Shown one piece after another: positions 38,201 to 61,290 of a stretch of DNA of 64,000 bases. The notes under the pieces are model-generated. The model was not told where the DNA came from. It saw only the letters and a program-made list of their open reading frames with translations, and ran no database searches. A program made the position numbers and the translations under genes. Within the stretch, counting starts at the first letter, position 1; each line of letters opens with the position of its first letter. Source of the DNA: Macrostomum lignano (Eukaryota); NCBI GenBank assembly GCA_002269645.1, contig NIVC01001508.1:1-64000 (forward strand). The letters are read 5' to 3'.

Positions 38201-40720
38201 ATGGGCTGTGGGACGGTTGGCAGGTCATTATCAAAGAATTTCTCTGCTGGCCGCAAGGTAAGAGCTGTGACACTAAAGGTGCTGTAGAATTTCTTCTCCA
38301 AGCCGTGTGCTAAATGAAGCAGCCTGGCAGACAGGAAGCAAGGCCTATTTAAGCAAAAGACAGTTTTTTTCACTTGCTCGTTGCTCTGCTCTCAAACTTA
38401 GTCAAAACCTTTCTTATTTCCAATTTCCTGTCTGCATTGAATTTGCTTTTGTAGTCAATTGTACTGCTTTGTATATCGTCTGACACAATAAACTTTGTAT
38501 AGCCTAGATGACCATTTTGCTTATTATTCATAGAACCTATGTCTAATAACCTATAGTTGCAAATATTATGACCCAAATGACCTGTCAGCACTATGACCCA
38601 AATGACTGGTCAGCATTATGACCTAAATGACCTGTCAGCACTATGACCTAAATGACCTGTCAGCATTATGACCCAAATGACCTGTCAGCACTATGACCCA
38701 AATGACCTGTCAGCACTATGACCCAAATGACCTGTCAGCACTATGACCCAAATGACTGGTCAGCATTATGACCTAAATGACCTGTCAGCACTATGACCTA
38801 AATGACCTGTCAGCACTATGACCTAAATGACCTGTCAGCATTATGACCCAAATGACCTGTCAGCACTATGACCCAAATGAGCTGTCAGTACTATGACCCA
38901 AATGAGCTGTCAGCACTATGACCCAAATGACTGGTCAGCATTATGACCTAAATGACCTGTCAGCACTATGACCTAAATAACCTGTCAGCACTATGACCCA
39001 AATGACCTGTCAGCACTATGACCCAAATGACTGGTCAGCATTATGACCTAAATGACCTGTCAGCACTATGACCTAAATGACCTGTCAGCACTATGAGCTA
39101 AATGACCTGTCAGCATTATGATCCAAATGACCTGTCAGCACTATGACCCAAATGACCTGTCAGTACTTTGACCCAAATGACTGGTCAGCATTATGACCTA
39201 TATGACCTGTCAGCACTATGATCTAAATGACCTGTCAGCACTATGAGCTAAATGACCTGTCAGCATTATGACCTAAATGACCTGTCAGCACTATGACCCA
39301 AATGACCGGTCAGCATTATTACCTAAATGACCTGTCAGCATTATGACCCAAATGACCTGTCAGCACTATGACCCAAATGACCTGTCAGCACTATGACCCA
39401 AATGACCTGTCAGCACTATGACCCAAATGACTGGTCAGCATTATGACCTAAATGACCTGTCAGCACTATGAGCTAAATGACCTGTCAGCACTATGAGCTA
39501 AATGACCTGTCAGCATTATGACCTAAATGACCTGTCAGCACTATGACCCAAATGACCGGTCAGCATTATTACCTAAATGACCTGTCAGCATTATGACCCA
39601 AATGACCTGTCAGCACTATGACCCAAATGACCTGTCAGCACTATGACCCAAATGACTGGTCAGCATTATGACCTAAATGACCTGTCAGCATTATGACCCA
39701 AATGACCTGTCAGCACTATGACCCAAATGACTGGTCAGCATTAAGACCTAAATGACCTGTCAGCACTATGACCTAAATGACCTGTCAGCACTATGAGCTA
39801 AATGACCTGTCAGCATTATGACCTAAATGACCTGTCAGCACTATGACCCAAATGACCGGTCAGCATTATTACCTAAATGACCTGTCAGCATTATGACCCA
39901 AATGACCTGTCAGCACTATGACCCAAATGACCTGTCAGCACTATGACCCAAATGACTGGTCAGCATTATGACCTAAATGACCTGTCAGCACTATGACCTA
40001 AATGACCTGTCAGCACTATGAGCTAAATTACCTGTCAGCATTATGACCTAAATGACCTGTCAGCACTATGACCCAAATGACCTGTCAGCATTATGACCCA
40101 AATGACCCGTCAGGACTATGACTCAAATGACCTGTCAGCACTATCACCCAAATGACCTGTCAGCATTATGACCCAAATGACCTGTCAGGACTATGACCCA
40201 AATGAGCTGTCAGGACTATGACCCAAATGAGCTGTCAGTACTATGACCCAAATGACCGGTCAGCATTATGACCCAAATAACCCGTCAGCACTATCACCCA
40301 AATGACATGTCAGCATTATGACCCAAATGACCGGTCAGCATTATGACCCAAATGACCGGTCAGCATTATGACCCAAATGACCGGTCAGCACAATGATACA
40401 TTAATTGATTCAGTGCTTATGCCTCATTAATACTAATAAAAATTCAGTTATAAAGAGAGAACCCACAGACAGAAACCTTTCCCACACAAATACTGACAAC
40501 CGAAGACCTGCATTTCTAGCAGAAGGTTTTGTGCTTTAGCTGGCTTAGTCCAACAGATTCGGCACCTGTCAGCCGTCTGCCCCACCCTCCCGCAGAGCCC
40601 GAGCCCTACTCTGCTGAATCGCCCCGGTTCGGCGGCCTCCGCGGTGGCACCCACTATCTGGCCGGAATCGATTCGAGCTGGCGCAGGACCTACAGAGTTT
40701 GGCCCGGCCAATCAGATTGA
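32287..40720 (+). CDS. HMGCS1: Hydroxymethylglutaryl-CoA synthase, 6 exons, 460 aa
   Basis: Exons 32287-32652, 33247-33574, 34290-34458, 35758-35928, 36678-36901 and 40596-40720 total 1383 nt in frame. Motifs: [15 protein letters not shown] (catalytic Glu), NACFGGT (catalytic Cys), [16 protein letters not shown] (catalytic His), GNMYTPS, FSYGSG, and C-terminal [16 protein letters not shown]. Confidence 0.96.
32940..33190. mobile_element. Further copy of the 30052-30870 MITE family in HMGCS intron 1
   Basis: CCTAAAGCAAAAATTAACGCAATTTCGGGTAAACAGCAGGAGTAACTATGACTG matches 30229-30281. ACTTACTTTTTGACCAAAAAT matches the reverse complement of 30586-30606. Confidence 0.75.
33790..34080. repeat. 23-bp minisatellite (TCGGCCTTCAAATAATCTGGGTA), HMGCS intron 2
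   Basis: About 12 copies by direct reading. Confidence 0.93.
34530..35695. repeat. 24-bp minisatellite (GTGAGAGATTCCCTCCTAAGCAAA, with dimeric variants), HMGCS intron 3
   Basis: Direct reading. It explains the [16 protein letters not shown] ORFs. Confidence 0.95.
36140..36630. repeat. 44-bp minisatellite (CTTGATCACTCATAAACCCATGAAATCAGTCATAAACTCAGGAA), HMGCS intron 4
   Basis: About 11 copies. Confidence 0.93.
36945..38150. repeat. 23-bp minisatellite (ATCGGCCTTCAAATCACTTGATA), HMGCS intron 5
   Basis: About 50 copies. Shares ATCGGCCTTCAAAT with the intron 2 array. Confidence 0.95.
38570..40392. repeat. 25-bp minisatellite (TGACCCAAATGACCTGTCAGCACTA), HMGCS intron 5
   Basis: About 70 copies. 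Confidence 0.96.
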
Positions 40721-41808
40721 CTTTGCGAGATTGAGAGCGGGACAGAGGTCTGAGTGACACAGCTAAACGGTGTCTTCTGGGTACTGAATTAGATCTGCTT
40801 TTGAGCCTTTTAATTGAGAATTTTAGCACCAGCTTGGCTTTATCAACGTGCCCTTGCCGTGCTAATATAATAAGATACAACTATTGATCCAGATTAGATT
40901 ATAGCAAGGTGTGCTGTTTTCTACTTTAATTATAAACTTTTTGTCTTTGATACGAGCGAGTTTGTGAACCGCAACGTTTTTTCTTGCAGTTTTGGGTAAG
41001 TTGTTTCGCTCTTGTTTACTAACTTGGCGCCAGCAATTTTTTATTACTAATAACACTATTTATCTTTGTGAGTATTTCTACCGGTATTTCCTTTGCATTT
41101 TTCGAGCCCCGAACTGTTATGCTGATTGCTGCTAAAAATTACCCATGCGGTAAAATTATTGCTCCGTTCGTTCTGCACTATTCAGGCTGCCTTTTCGAAT
41201 CAAACTTCCTGTTGTTAGAGTAATATCGAACCGTGTTCCTCATTTTACCAAAGCTGTAATTGGCAAACTAATTGTACCAAATATAAAGTACTAAGTTTAT
41301 TGAAAACATTAACGGTGACTGAAGATTCTCATGAACAATCATGTTACTGAGCTGTGCTCAAAAATTGCCACTCATTGCCACTAAGGCTATTCGCATTACT
41401 GATTTGTTTTATTAGTTTTCAATACTAAAGTAGTCAAATAGGAGGGAGGCTTTACTAAGGATATTCGACCCAAGAATAATCTATTTGTTGTAGTCAAGAG
41501 GATGAATTGTGCCTTGAACCAGTCCTGTACCGCCCCCAGAGGGGGGTCAAAAGCGCTAGTCCAACTACTAAAAATAGATATTCTACAAAGTTCTCATTTT
41601 CTTCATTTAGAACCCTAAATTCGGTTCTGAGTTCATCGCCGCTACCAGCCGTACTAAAGTATCTGTGATATATAATTAATTTAGTCTTGCAAACCATAAT
41701 TTCAATAAAAGTACAGTATAGTTGTACTTTTTCGCCCAATTATACAATTTATGCAAATTAATTCGTCTAATTGCAGACTATTTAAATTTTCGATAACAAG
41801 CCAACAGA

Positions 41809-51394
<9,586 letters not shown>

Positions 51395-51654
51395 GTGAGA
51401 ATTTGAATAAATTTAAAAGTAGAAAACATCGCTTATATAGTATCATACATTCTTACAAATATTGTGTACGTGTGCTTTTATATTTGTGATTTTTAACTAA
51501 CTTTTAAACAATTTATCGCTAGCAAGAAAAACTAAAAGAGACGCCGCTACGTGTAAAAGCATTTAAAGCTTTAAAGAACCAATGTCTTTTTTCGTGCCCG
51601 ATTATTGTCATAGTAGACACACTAAAGTTCGATGCATTTTGCATTAAAATACTC

Positions 51655-51844
51655 ATAGTCTATGGTCGCAACCTCACTAAATGCCGCACTGATAGTGCGA
51701 CTTTGGCATTAATATGTCTATGGTACAATACCAAATGACATTGCTTTTTACGAACTGAGACTTTAGTCAAACCAAACAAGACTCCACATGCTTCTCACAC
51801 AAGCAAAAACAAGCGGTGTTAGGAAAGGCATGGCCATAGACTAT
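51655..51844. mobile_element. Putative MITE with 11-bp TIR ATAGTCTATGG
   Basis: ATAGTCTATGG (51655) / CCATAGACTAT (51834). A third copy of the motif lies at about 51923. Confidence 0.45.
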
Positions 51845-52338
51845 AAATTACATATAGAGAATCAAAATGAGACGCTGCCTATTTATTTGCGAGTATTTAT
51901 TTATAATCTACCAGGTATGACCATAGTCTATGGCCAATAATTCAAGTTTGAACCTCATTCTACTCGTAGGTTTGCTTCAGCGTCCTAATGTGCCTTAATC
52001 CCATCTTAATTATTCTACAGCTTAGATTGACAAATTTAGTTACTATAGCAACCGCGAATCGGAACAACAATACGAGTTTAGTTGTTAAAAGTTTGTCAGT
52101 GTCGGCAATTTTTTTAATTGTTTTGCGCTGTGAAGGACGCTACACTGGAAATTGCATCGGCGAGATAACAAATTGTCAGCTTTTCACATAAAGCAAAAGT
52201 GTCTTCTTCCCGAGATTGATTAGCAAGTTTATAAACCAAATCACATTCTACTCTAATCAATCAATCTGAGGACACGATCTTGCTGACGCATTTAGCAGCA
52301 AAACTACCCTTCTACACTTGTACTTTAACTGTCCACGG

Positions 52339-54748
52339 TCAGACACCGTCTGGCAGCGGTTCGTCGCGCACCTCAACGTGCTGCTCCGTGCCGAAGCTGA
52401 ACGCTGCGTGGCCTTTGGACAGGAAAACCACCTCCTTGGTCGCTTCATTGAATGTCATGCCGGTTTTCTGCTTCATAGTGCTCTTGATCACCTGGAAGTA
52501 GAGGAAGGTGTTCGTGCGAGCGCGGATACCAGCGATTCGACAGTTTAGGTTAAGATTAGGGTTTGTGTTTTTGTCGGCAGCTAATTGTGTCATGCTATAG
52601 TCTTTGTTTATCGGAACTGGATTTTGGACTTTTAAATCTTTATTGTCAATGAGTTTCTGGAATGAGACTTGTTCTCGAGTATCTATTGGGACTCTTAGAA
52701 CTTCATAATATAATACGCCTCCAGTCCCGACTTTCGGGTTGACTGGTTAGTTATAATACTGGGTCTGGGATTCTAGTTATAATACCCAATTTATTATCAA
52801 TTATTTGATTGAAACTGCAATATGTTATCTGTAGTTTATTAGTTGCTTGTTTATCTGCCTTACGATGGCGCCCACGAGGTGGCGTCGAAGTTACTGGAAG
52901 TTAGGAAGTTATCTCGCCAATAAAGAATCATGGCTACGCCCTGTGAACACTTGTGAGCAGAAATGTTTAAAGTGCAGACATTAGATAGTAGCACAAGACT
53001 GTCGCCCTCAGACTGCTCATTAATGAGAATGACATTGCTTGCCTTTTCTTGACACAAAATCCCCAGTTTATCCCAGTTTGTCTCGGCGTTTCTTGTCAAC
53101 TGGTTAATTGCTATCTGATGTGCGAGTCTAGCATGCTTCTACTTAAGTTGTTCGTGCTTTGGCACAACTCCTACCTGGAAGATGTCGGCCTCCAGGTGTT
53201 TCACCAGCGAGTTATTGTCTTCCGGATTGGTGATGCTCACTTTCACCCGGCCGCGGACGGTGCTGCGCAGCTGGAAGTCGCACGAGTACTTCACCTCGGT
53301 GATGTTGATCTGCGCCGAACGGCGCTTTTTCGGCGGCACGCTGACCTCGCTGTTGACGCTCCAGCTGATCTCCTCCTCGAATGTCTGCCCGCGCTCGTTA
53401 GTGACGGCCAGCTCGCAGTTGAAGCCGCCGCCGAGTTCCAGAATGTCACCCGGCAGTTTTAGCGTGATGCTGGCGTTGCCGCCTTTAGTGAAGGTTGACG
53501 AGACTCGAATGTCGGCGGTTTTCTTTGTTGTTCGAGTGGTTTGGAACGAATAGTTCTGCTGGTGATCCGTGGTGTTGGTGAAGAACGTCTTAAATAGAAC
53601 CACAGCGTTGGGCCTCACCTGGAATATGAAAATATTGCGTGGCTTATCTATTTTCATTGGGCACATCAGCATCCGTCCAACACTTCTGGGTCACTTCTCG
53701 ATTCACCTGAACTTTCCCTATATGTTTGAGTCACTTTTCGACTCATCCAAACCTTTCCTGTACATTTGAGTTACTCCCCAAATCACCTAAACCTTTCATA
53801 TACACCCGAGTCACTTGTGGACTCAACTAAACCATTCCTACAAGTCTGAGTCACTCCACAAATCACCTGAACCTTTCCTGCACGCGTGAGTCACTCAAAA
53901 AATCAACTGAACCTTTCCTACACGCCTGAGTCACTTCTGGACTCACCTGAACCTTTCCTACACGCCTGAGTCACTTCTGGACTCACCTGAACCTTTCCTA
54001 CACGCCTGAGTCACTCCACAAATCACCTGAACCTTTCCTGCACGCGTGAGTCACTCAAAAAATCAACTGAACCTTTCCTACACGCCTGAGTCACTTCTGG
54101 ACTCACCTGAACCTTTCCTACACGCCTGAGTCACTTCTGGACTCACCTGAACCTTTCCTACACGCCTGAGTCACTTCTGGACTCACCTGAACCTTTCCTA
54201 CACGCCTGAGTCACTTCTGGACTCACCTGAACCTTTCCTACACGCCTGAGTCACTTCTGGACTCACCTGAACCTTTCCTACACGCCTGAGTCACTTCTGG
54301 ACTCACCTGAACCTTTCCTACACGTCTGAGTCACTCGTCGACCTGTTTGAGCTCTACTTAAACTTTCGGTTTAATTCTTGAGTCGTCTCAACCCGCAACT
54401 AAATTAGCTGGCTAAATACTCGACTCCCTACATTTTACAGTCGATTCTGAACTTCAAGCAATTCCTGACTCATCAGGGCCTCTCCTACTTCTCTATAAGT
54501 GAATCATGGGCTCACGAGAGCCACCCTAAGCATAAAAAATCTGAAACTTTCTTGTAACGTTAACTCACCTGCTTGTCGCTGTGCGAGAACTCTGGCTGCT
54601 CATGATCAATTGACACCTTCTTCCAGTCGATAGCGTAAGCCAAATTTTCGCAGCTTAATTTCTTTTGACTGCCAATCTTATTGTCCTCGAACTTGATCTT
54701 GGCCCATTTCTCCACAGTGTCCTCCAAGTCGCCTAGGCTGCCTTCCAT
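52339..54748 (-). CDS. Aerolysin-like (ETX/MTX2-type) beta-pore-forming domain protein, 3 exons, 258 aa, no signal peptide
   Basis: Exons 54748-54569, 53618-53175 and 52491-52339 total 777 nt, all phase 0, GT-AG. Motifs: LFKTFFTNTTDHQQNYSFQTTRTT; Ser/Thr/Gly-rich alternating hairpin ADIRVSSTFTKGGNASITLKLPGDILELGGGFNCELAVT; EEISWSVNSEVSVPP; C-terminal beta strands. The family assignment is from recalled sequence pattern, not an HMM search. Confidence 0.8.
53690..54335. repeat. 40-bp minisatellite (ACCTTTCCTACACGCCTGAGTCACTTCTGGACTCACCTGA), intron 1 of the aerolysin-like gene
   Basis: About 16 units with a 40-bp period. Confidence 0.95.
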
Positions 54749-55354
54749 TTGAGAGAGTCGCGACTGTTTCTCGATCGTCAAAGTTGATCTCTCGGTTGCT
54801 CGAGTCGAACTACTTGGGAGCTCCCAATGCGAGCTGGAGGTGAAATTTATTGCATATTGCCCTACACTGTAGTCAGCTCTCAGTTGGTTGCGATGTGGGC
54901 TGTAGAGGCAGTGCGCACATATGGAGTGAGGCAGACTGAGAGAGAGAGAGAGAGTCAGGATTGGTCCAAGCCAGTCTAACCCTATCTTTCATTCAATCAT
55001 ACATGCGAAATGCATTTTTGTGTATGTGTCCCTAATAGTGAAAACATTGGCAATCTTTTTTATTAATCTATCCATATTCGAGTATATCAATTGGTCGCTT
55101 AGCTTAGCCCAGATAAATATTCTTTCAACGCGAATCTGTAGCGATACGAATTCGGGTAGAGAAAAAGTCCACGCTGATTGCGCCAGATCAGTGCGACTCG
55201 GTCACTGCAGGTGTTTTATTGCGCAGAATTTGGCTTTGTAGGAATTGCGTATCAAATCTGACTGCCAAAGTGAGCCTGCACTGTACATATTGTGTCACTG
55301 ATGTGTATTTGACTTTTCAGCAAATTGGTTGCTTTCAACGATTTCTTGTTGACC

Positions 55355-56385
<1,031 letters not shown>

Positions 56386-56861
56386 CTGTATCAGTAGAAT
56401 TTAAAAACAGGGCATTCGCTGGGCCATACCGCACTGCAAGCGCACACGTGACGGGCAGAGACGCAAGCCCAAGTTTAGTTTCCACAGACAGCATGCAGTG
56501 CTGCAAACAGAGATGCCTGCAAACACGCAGATGCCCACGCAATCGTTAAATAAAACAGAAGTTCTGGTGGCAGCGCAGAGCCAAGGCTTCAGCGGGTTTA
56601 TTTTTATAATATTTTTTTCTTTTCCTGCTGTCAAGCCACAGCAAAAATATCGTACTTGGCTTTCTGACTTCTTATTCTCTAGAAGTGGCTGCTCGCTGTT
56701 CTCAAAACCATCTGCTGCTGCAATTCTGCAGTTTTTTCTGGGCTGAAATTTGATATTCAACTGAAACGAATTCCTCCTGATATTTTAGCTGCCAGGAACT
56801 GCCTGCGAACGAGAGATATTGAGACTGAATCGCATCTATAATGTGGGCCTCTGTGCGCCTT

Positions 56862-58880
56862 TTTGTCTGTCTGTCTGTCTGTCTGTCTACATATCTGTGT
56901 CCTATTGTCTGTCTGCATGTCTGTGTCCTATTGTCTGTCTACATGTCTGTGTCCTATTGTCTGTCTGCATGTCTGTCTCTTATTGTCTGTCTGCATGTCT
57001 GTCTCTTATTGTCTGTCTGCATGTCTGTGCCTATTGTCTGTCTACATGTCTGTGTCCTATTGTCTGTCTGCATGTCTGTCTCTTATTGTCTGTCTGCATG
57101 TCTGTGTCCTATTGTCTGTCTGCATGTCTGTGCCTATTGTCTGTCTACATGTCTGTGTCCTATTGTCTGTCTGCATGTCTGTCTCTTATTGTCTGTCTAC
57201 ATGTCTGTGTCCTATTGTCTGTTGTCTGTCTCTTATTGTCTGTCTGCATGTCTGTCTATTGTCTGTCTACATGTCTGTGTCCTATTGTCTGTCTGTCTGC
57301 ATGTCTGTCTCTATTGTCTGTCTACATGTCTGTGTCCTATTGTCTGTCTGCATGTCTGTCTCTTATTGTCTGTCTGCATGTCTGTGTCCTATTGTCTGTC
57401 TGCATGTCTGTGCCTATTGTCTGTCTGCATGTCTGTGTCCTATTGTCTGTCTGCATGTCTGTCTCTTATTGTCTGTCTACATGTCTGTGTCCTTATTGTC
57501 TGTCTGCATGTCTGTCTCTTATTGTCTGTCTACATATCTGTGTCCTATTGTCTGTCTGCATGTCTGTCTCTTATTGTCTGTCTGCATGTCTGTCTCTTAT
57601 TGTCTGTCTGCATGTCTGTGTCCTATTGTCTGTCTGCATGTCTGTCTCTTATTGTCTGTCTGCATGTCTGTCCTATTGTCTGTCTACATGTCTGTGTCTA
57701 TTGTCTGTCTGCATGTCTGTCTCTTATTGTCTGTCTGCATATCTGTGTCCTATTGTCTGTCTGCATGTCTGTCTCTTATTGTCTGTCTGCATGTCTGTCT
57801 CTTATTGTCTGTCTGCATGTCTGTGTCCTATTGTCTGTCTGCATGTCTGTCCTTATTGTCTGTCTACATATCTGTGTCCTATTGTCTGTCTGCATGTCTG
57901 TCTCCTATTGTCTGTCTGTGTCTGTCTCTATTGTCTTCTGCATGTCTGTCTGTTATTGTCTGTCTGGTGTCTGTGCCTATTGTCTGTCTTGTCTGTGTCC
58001 TATTGTCTGTCTGTGTCTGTCTCTTATTGTCTGTCTATTTGTGTCCTATTGTCTGTCTGGGTGTTTTCTGTCCTATTGTCTGTCTGGGTGTTTCTGTCCT
58101 ATTGTGTGTGGGTGTTTGTGTCCTGTTGTCTGTCTGGGTGTTTGTGTCCTATTGTCTGTCTGGGTGTTTGTGTCCTATTGTCTGTCTGGGTGTTTGTGTC
58201 CTATTGTCTGGGTGTTTGTGTCCTATTGTCTGTCTGGGTGTTTGTGTCCTATTGTCTGTCTGGGTGTTGTGTCCTATTGTCTGTCTGGGTGTTTTGTGTC
58301 CTATTGTGTGTCTGGGTGTTTGTGTCCTATTGTGTGTCTGGGTGTTGTGTCCTATTGTCTGTCTGGGGTGTTGTGTCCTATTGTGTGTCTGGGTTTGTGT
58401 CCTATTGTCTGTCTGGCTGTTGTGTCCTATTGTCTGTCTGGGTGTCTGTGTCCTATTTGTCTGTCTGCCTGTGTTTGTGTCCTATTGTTGTCTGGGTGTT
58501 TGTGTCCTAATTGTGTGTCTGGGTGTTTGTGTCCTATTGTCTGTCTGGGTGTCTGTGTCCTATTGTCTGCCTGGGTGTTTGTGTCCTATTGTCTGTCTGG
58601 GTGTTTGTGTCCTATTGTCTGTCTGGGTGTTTGTGTCCTATTGTCTGTCTGGGTGTTTCTGTCCTATTGTGTGTCTGGGTGTTTGTCTCCTATTGTCTGT
58701 CTGGGTGTTTGTGTCCTATTGTGTGTCTGGGTGTTTGTGTCCTATTGTCTGTCTGGGTGTTTGTGTCCTATTGTCTGTCTGGGTGTCTGTGTCCTATTGT
58801 CTGTCTGCATGTCTGTGTCCTATTGTCTGTCTGGGTGTCTGTGTCCTATTGTCTGTCTGCATGTCTATGTCCTATTGTCT
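56862..58880. repeat. Minisatellite of about 26 bp built on TGTC (TATTGTCTGTCTGCATGTCTGTGTCC, changing to ...CTGGGTGTTTGTGTCC)
   Basis: Direct reading. It explains the 563-691 aa Cys/Val-rich spurious ORFs in all three plus frames. Confidence 0.96.
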
Positions 58881-60827
58881 TTCCGCCTAAATATGCCAAG
58901 TCTGATTTTGTGTTAGCAGAATTGAGGCATTTAAAAAAATAGAAATCAAGTCAACCAGGAGAGCCCCCATCAAGGGGGAAAGTCTGTCACAGTTGCCAGG
59001 AACGGAGTGGGTGGCAGCACAGGGACTCCGGAAGAAAGCTGGGATTTGAGGAAAATTTACACTTGGTCCAGTTCTTTCAACATCAGCATTGGTGAGAAAG
59101 TTCTTGGAAAGATGGAGGAGGCGACGGGGGGAAGCCAGAGACGCGGGCTTAACGGTCTGCCTGCTCAGGAAACCATGCCAAGCAAAAGCAGAAGTCTTGC
59201 ACAAATGCGCGTGTGTGCGTGGCGATCTGGACCCTGCAGGGCTCTTGCGGTAATCAATAATTCACGGACTGAGTTCTTTCTCGCGCGGCACAGCTCCCAG
59301 CAACGCTACCACCCACCCAGTGTAAGGTGGGTGTAATTTTTTCTCTTCACAATCAAGTCGCCTCCCTTCCTGAGTTGCTGCTTGGAGGAGCCGAAAGCTT
59401 ACGGAGATGGGAGTGTTATAAAGTGTGCCTTTCTCTGTATGTTTCTCTAGGAGTCGATTTTTTAAGGTGTAAAGACGCAGACGCATTCCGCTTTCTTCAT
59501 GCGATGTTTTGAACGTTACGTTCATTCTGATGGGACTTTTGCACTAAGCATTCCAGCTCCCAAGGCACAGATAGTGTACCTGTCTGGCGATTAGAAAGTC
59601 AGGGCAGCTGTGCACCCTGTGTGAGCCTGTGTGTGAGTGCGTTTCTGTGTACAGCATTGCTGGTTAGTTGTGTGACGATGTCGCCGAGAGCGTTACGCCA
59701 AGTTGCCCCCAGCCCTTATGCAATTGTTATTAAAGACGCGAATATAAATAATGCGATTAGAAGAGTGACTCGAATATTATAAAGACTTCTAAAGGTAAGA
59801 TTCTTGTTTGTAAATATCAAAGGTGAAAGGTTCTGCAGTGGAGCCTGGGACTGAGTTCAAGCAACAATCTGCTTAGACTTGAAGACTTTTCCAAGAAAAG
59901 CACAGGACTTGTTTGGCAAAGTAACAACAACGAACCCAGCGCTGTTGGGTCTCAAGTTACAAAAGGAAAATTAATTTGAACACAGAAATGCAAGCATAAG
60001 ACCCGCAACTGGGTCTCTGTTTTGAAAAAGAAGCCTGGAACAAGTATTAGAAAAGCGTCGAGATGAAATGCGAAGCCAGAATTTTTGACAAAAAAACAGA
60101 TACAGAACCGAAAGCGACGAAACGCCTGCAGGAGCAGCAGGCCTTGGGGTGATCCATCCTAACAGCGAATTTGCTTTGGCTCGGACTGCAAAAGCTTCCA
60201 TGCAGTCAGCTATATTTATACATACCTTCTACCTTTCCCTCTTCTACCTTGGGGCATCGGGACTAACAAACACGCGGTGTATAGTAGCCCTGCAAAGGTG
60301 ATTACACGCGCACACATACACACGCCAACAATAGCTGTCTGTTATACTGTCATATTAATACACAATGCATTCGGGACCTGCTGTTGCATAGCTGCCTGCT
60401 GGCAGTACTGAATTCCCCAGCTCTGTTACTGTGGACCCTGGCATTTCTACATTCTTCCAAAAACCTCCAGCATCTGTGTTGGCAAACAGACACACAGCAT
60501 ACGGACACAGAGAGGATTTCCTTACTTCCCCGCAGCTGCAGCAGCTGGGGGCCATCAATATGCGCCTACTTAGCGGAACCAAAGGCAATCGAAACTGCGG
60601 AAGGAGGGCGACAAACCCTCCCAGCTACTGACCCTGTCCCAGCTGTCCCTACAGGGGAGATAAGATGCTGGCAGAGAAGGGGAAATGAAGACGGAAGTGC
60701 TGCTAAGAATATATGATGCGGCAACGGGGAGTCTGGGCCAGCCATTGGAATTCTTGGCTGCTGTGCCATGCTAGATGCGGCAGATTGCGGTGGGCCTCAC
60801 AGCCTGACACTTCAGGCCTTGCACTGG

Positions 60828-61192
60828 AGAGACAGACAGACAGACAGACAGAGAGACAGACAGAAAGGCAGACAAAAAGACACACAGATACTAAGACAGA
60901 CAGACAGACAGGCAAAAACACACACAGACACTAAGACAGACAGACAGACACTAAGGAAGACAGACAGACAGACAAAAAGACACACAGACAGACACGCAGA
61001 AGTCAGACAGAGAGACACACAGACAAAAAGACACACATACACTAAGACAGACAGACAGACAGACAAAAAGACACACATACACTAAGACAGACAGACAGAC
61101 AGACAAAAAGACACACAGACACTAAGACAGACAGAAAGACAGACAAAAAGACACACTAAGACAGACAGACAAAGACACACAGACAGACACTC

Positions 61193-61225
<33 letters not shown>

Positions 61226-61236
61226 CGCAGACAGTC

Positions 61237-61289
<53 letters not shown>

Positions 61290-61290
61290 T
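60828..61290. repeat. Degenerate (GACA)n microsatellite
   Basis: Direct reading. Confidence 0.92.

Noticed and set aside
33790-40392. Regularly spaced 23-44-bp repeats as a CRISPR array
   Set aside because: Head-to-tail units with no unique spacers, eukaryotic intronic context and no cas genes.
40560-40720. GC-rich segment with CCAATCAG initially read as an SGK promoter
   Set aside because: It is the last HMGCS exon ([16 protein letters not shown]), in phase with exon 5.
56819-58916. Long ORFs of 563, 691 and 675 aa rich in Cys/Val/Leu/Ser
   Set aside because: Open in all three frames only because they translate a TGTC-based minisatellite; not a gene.
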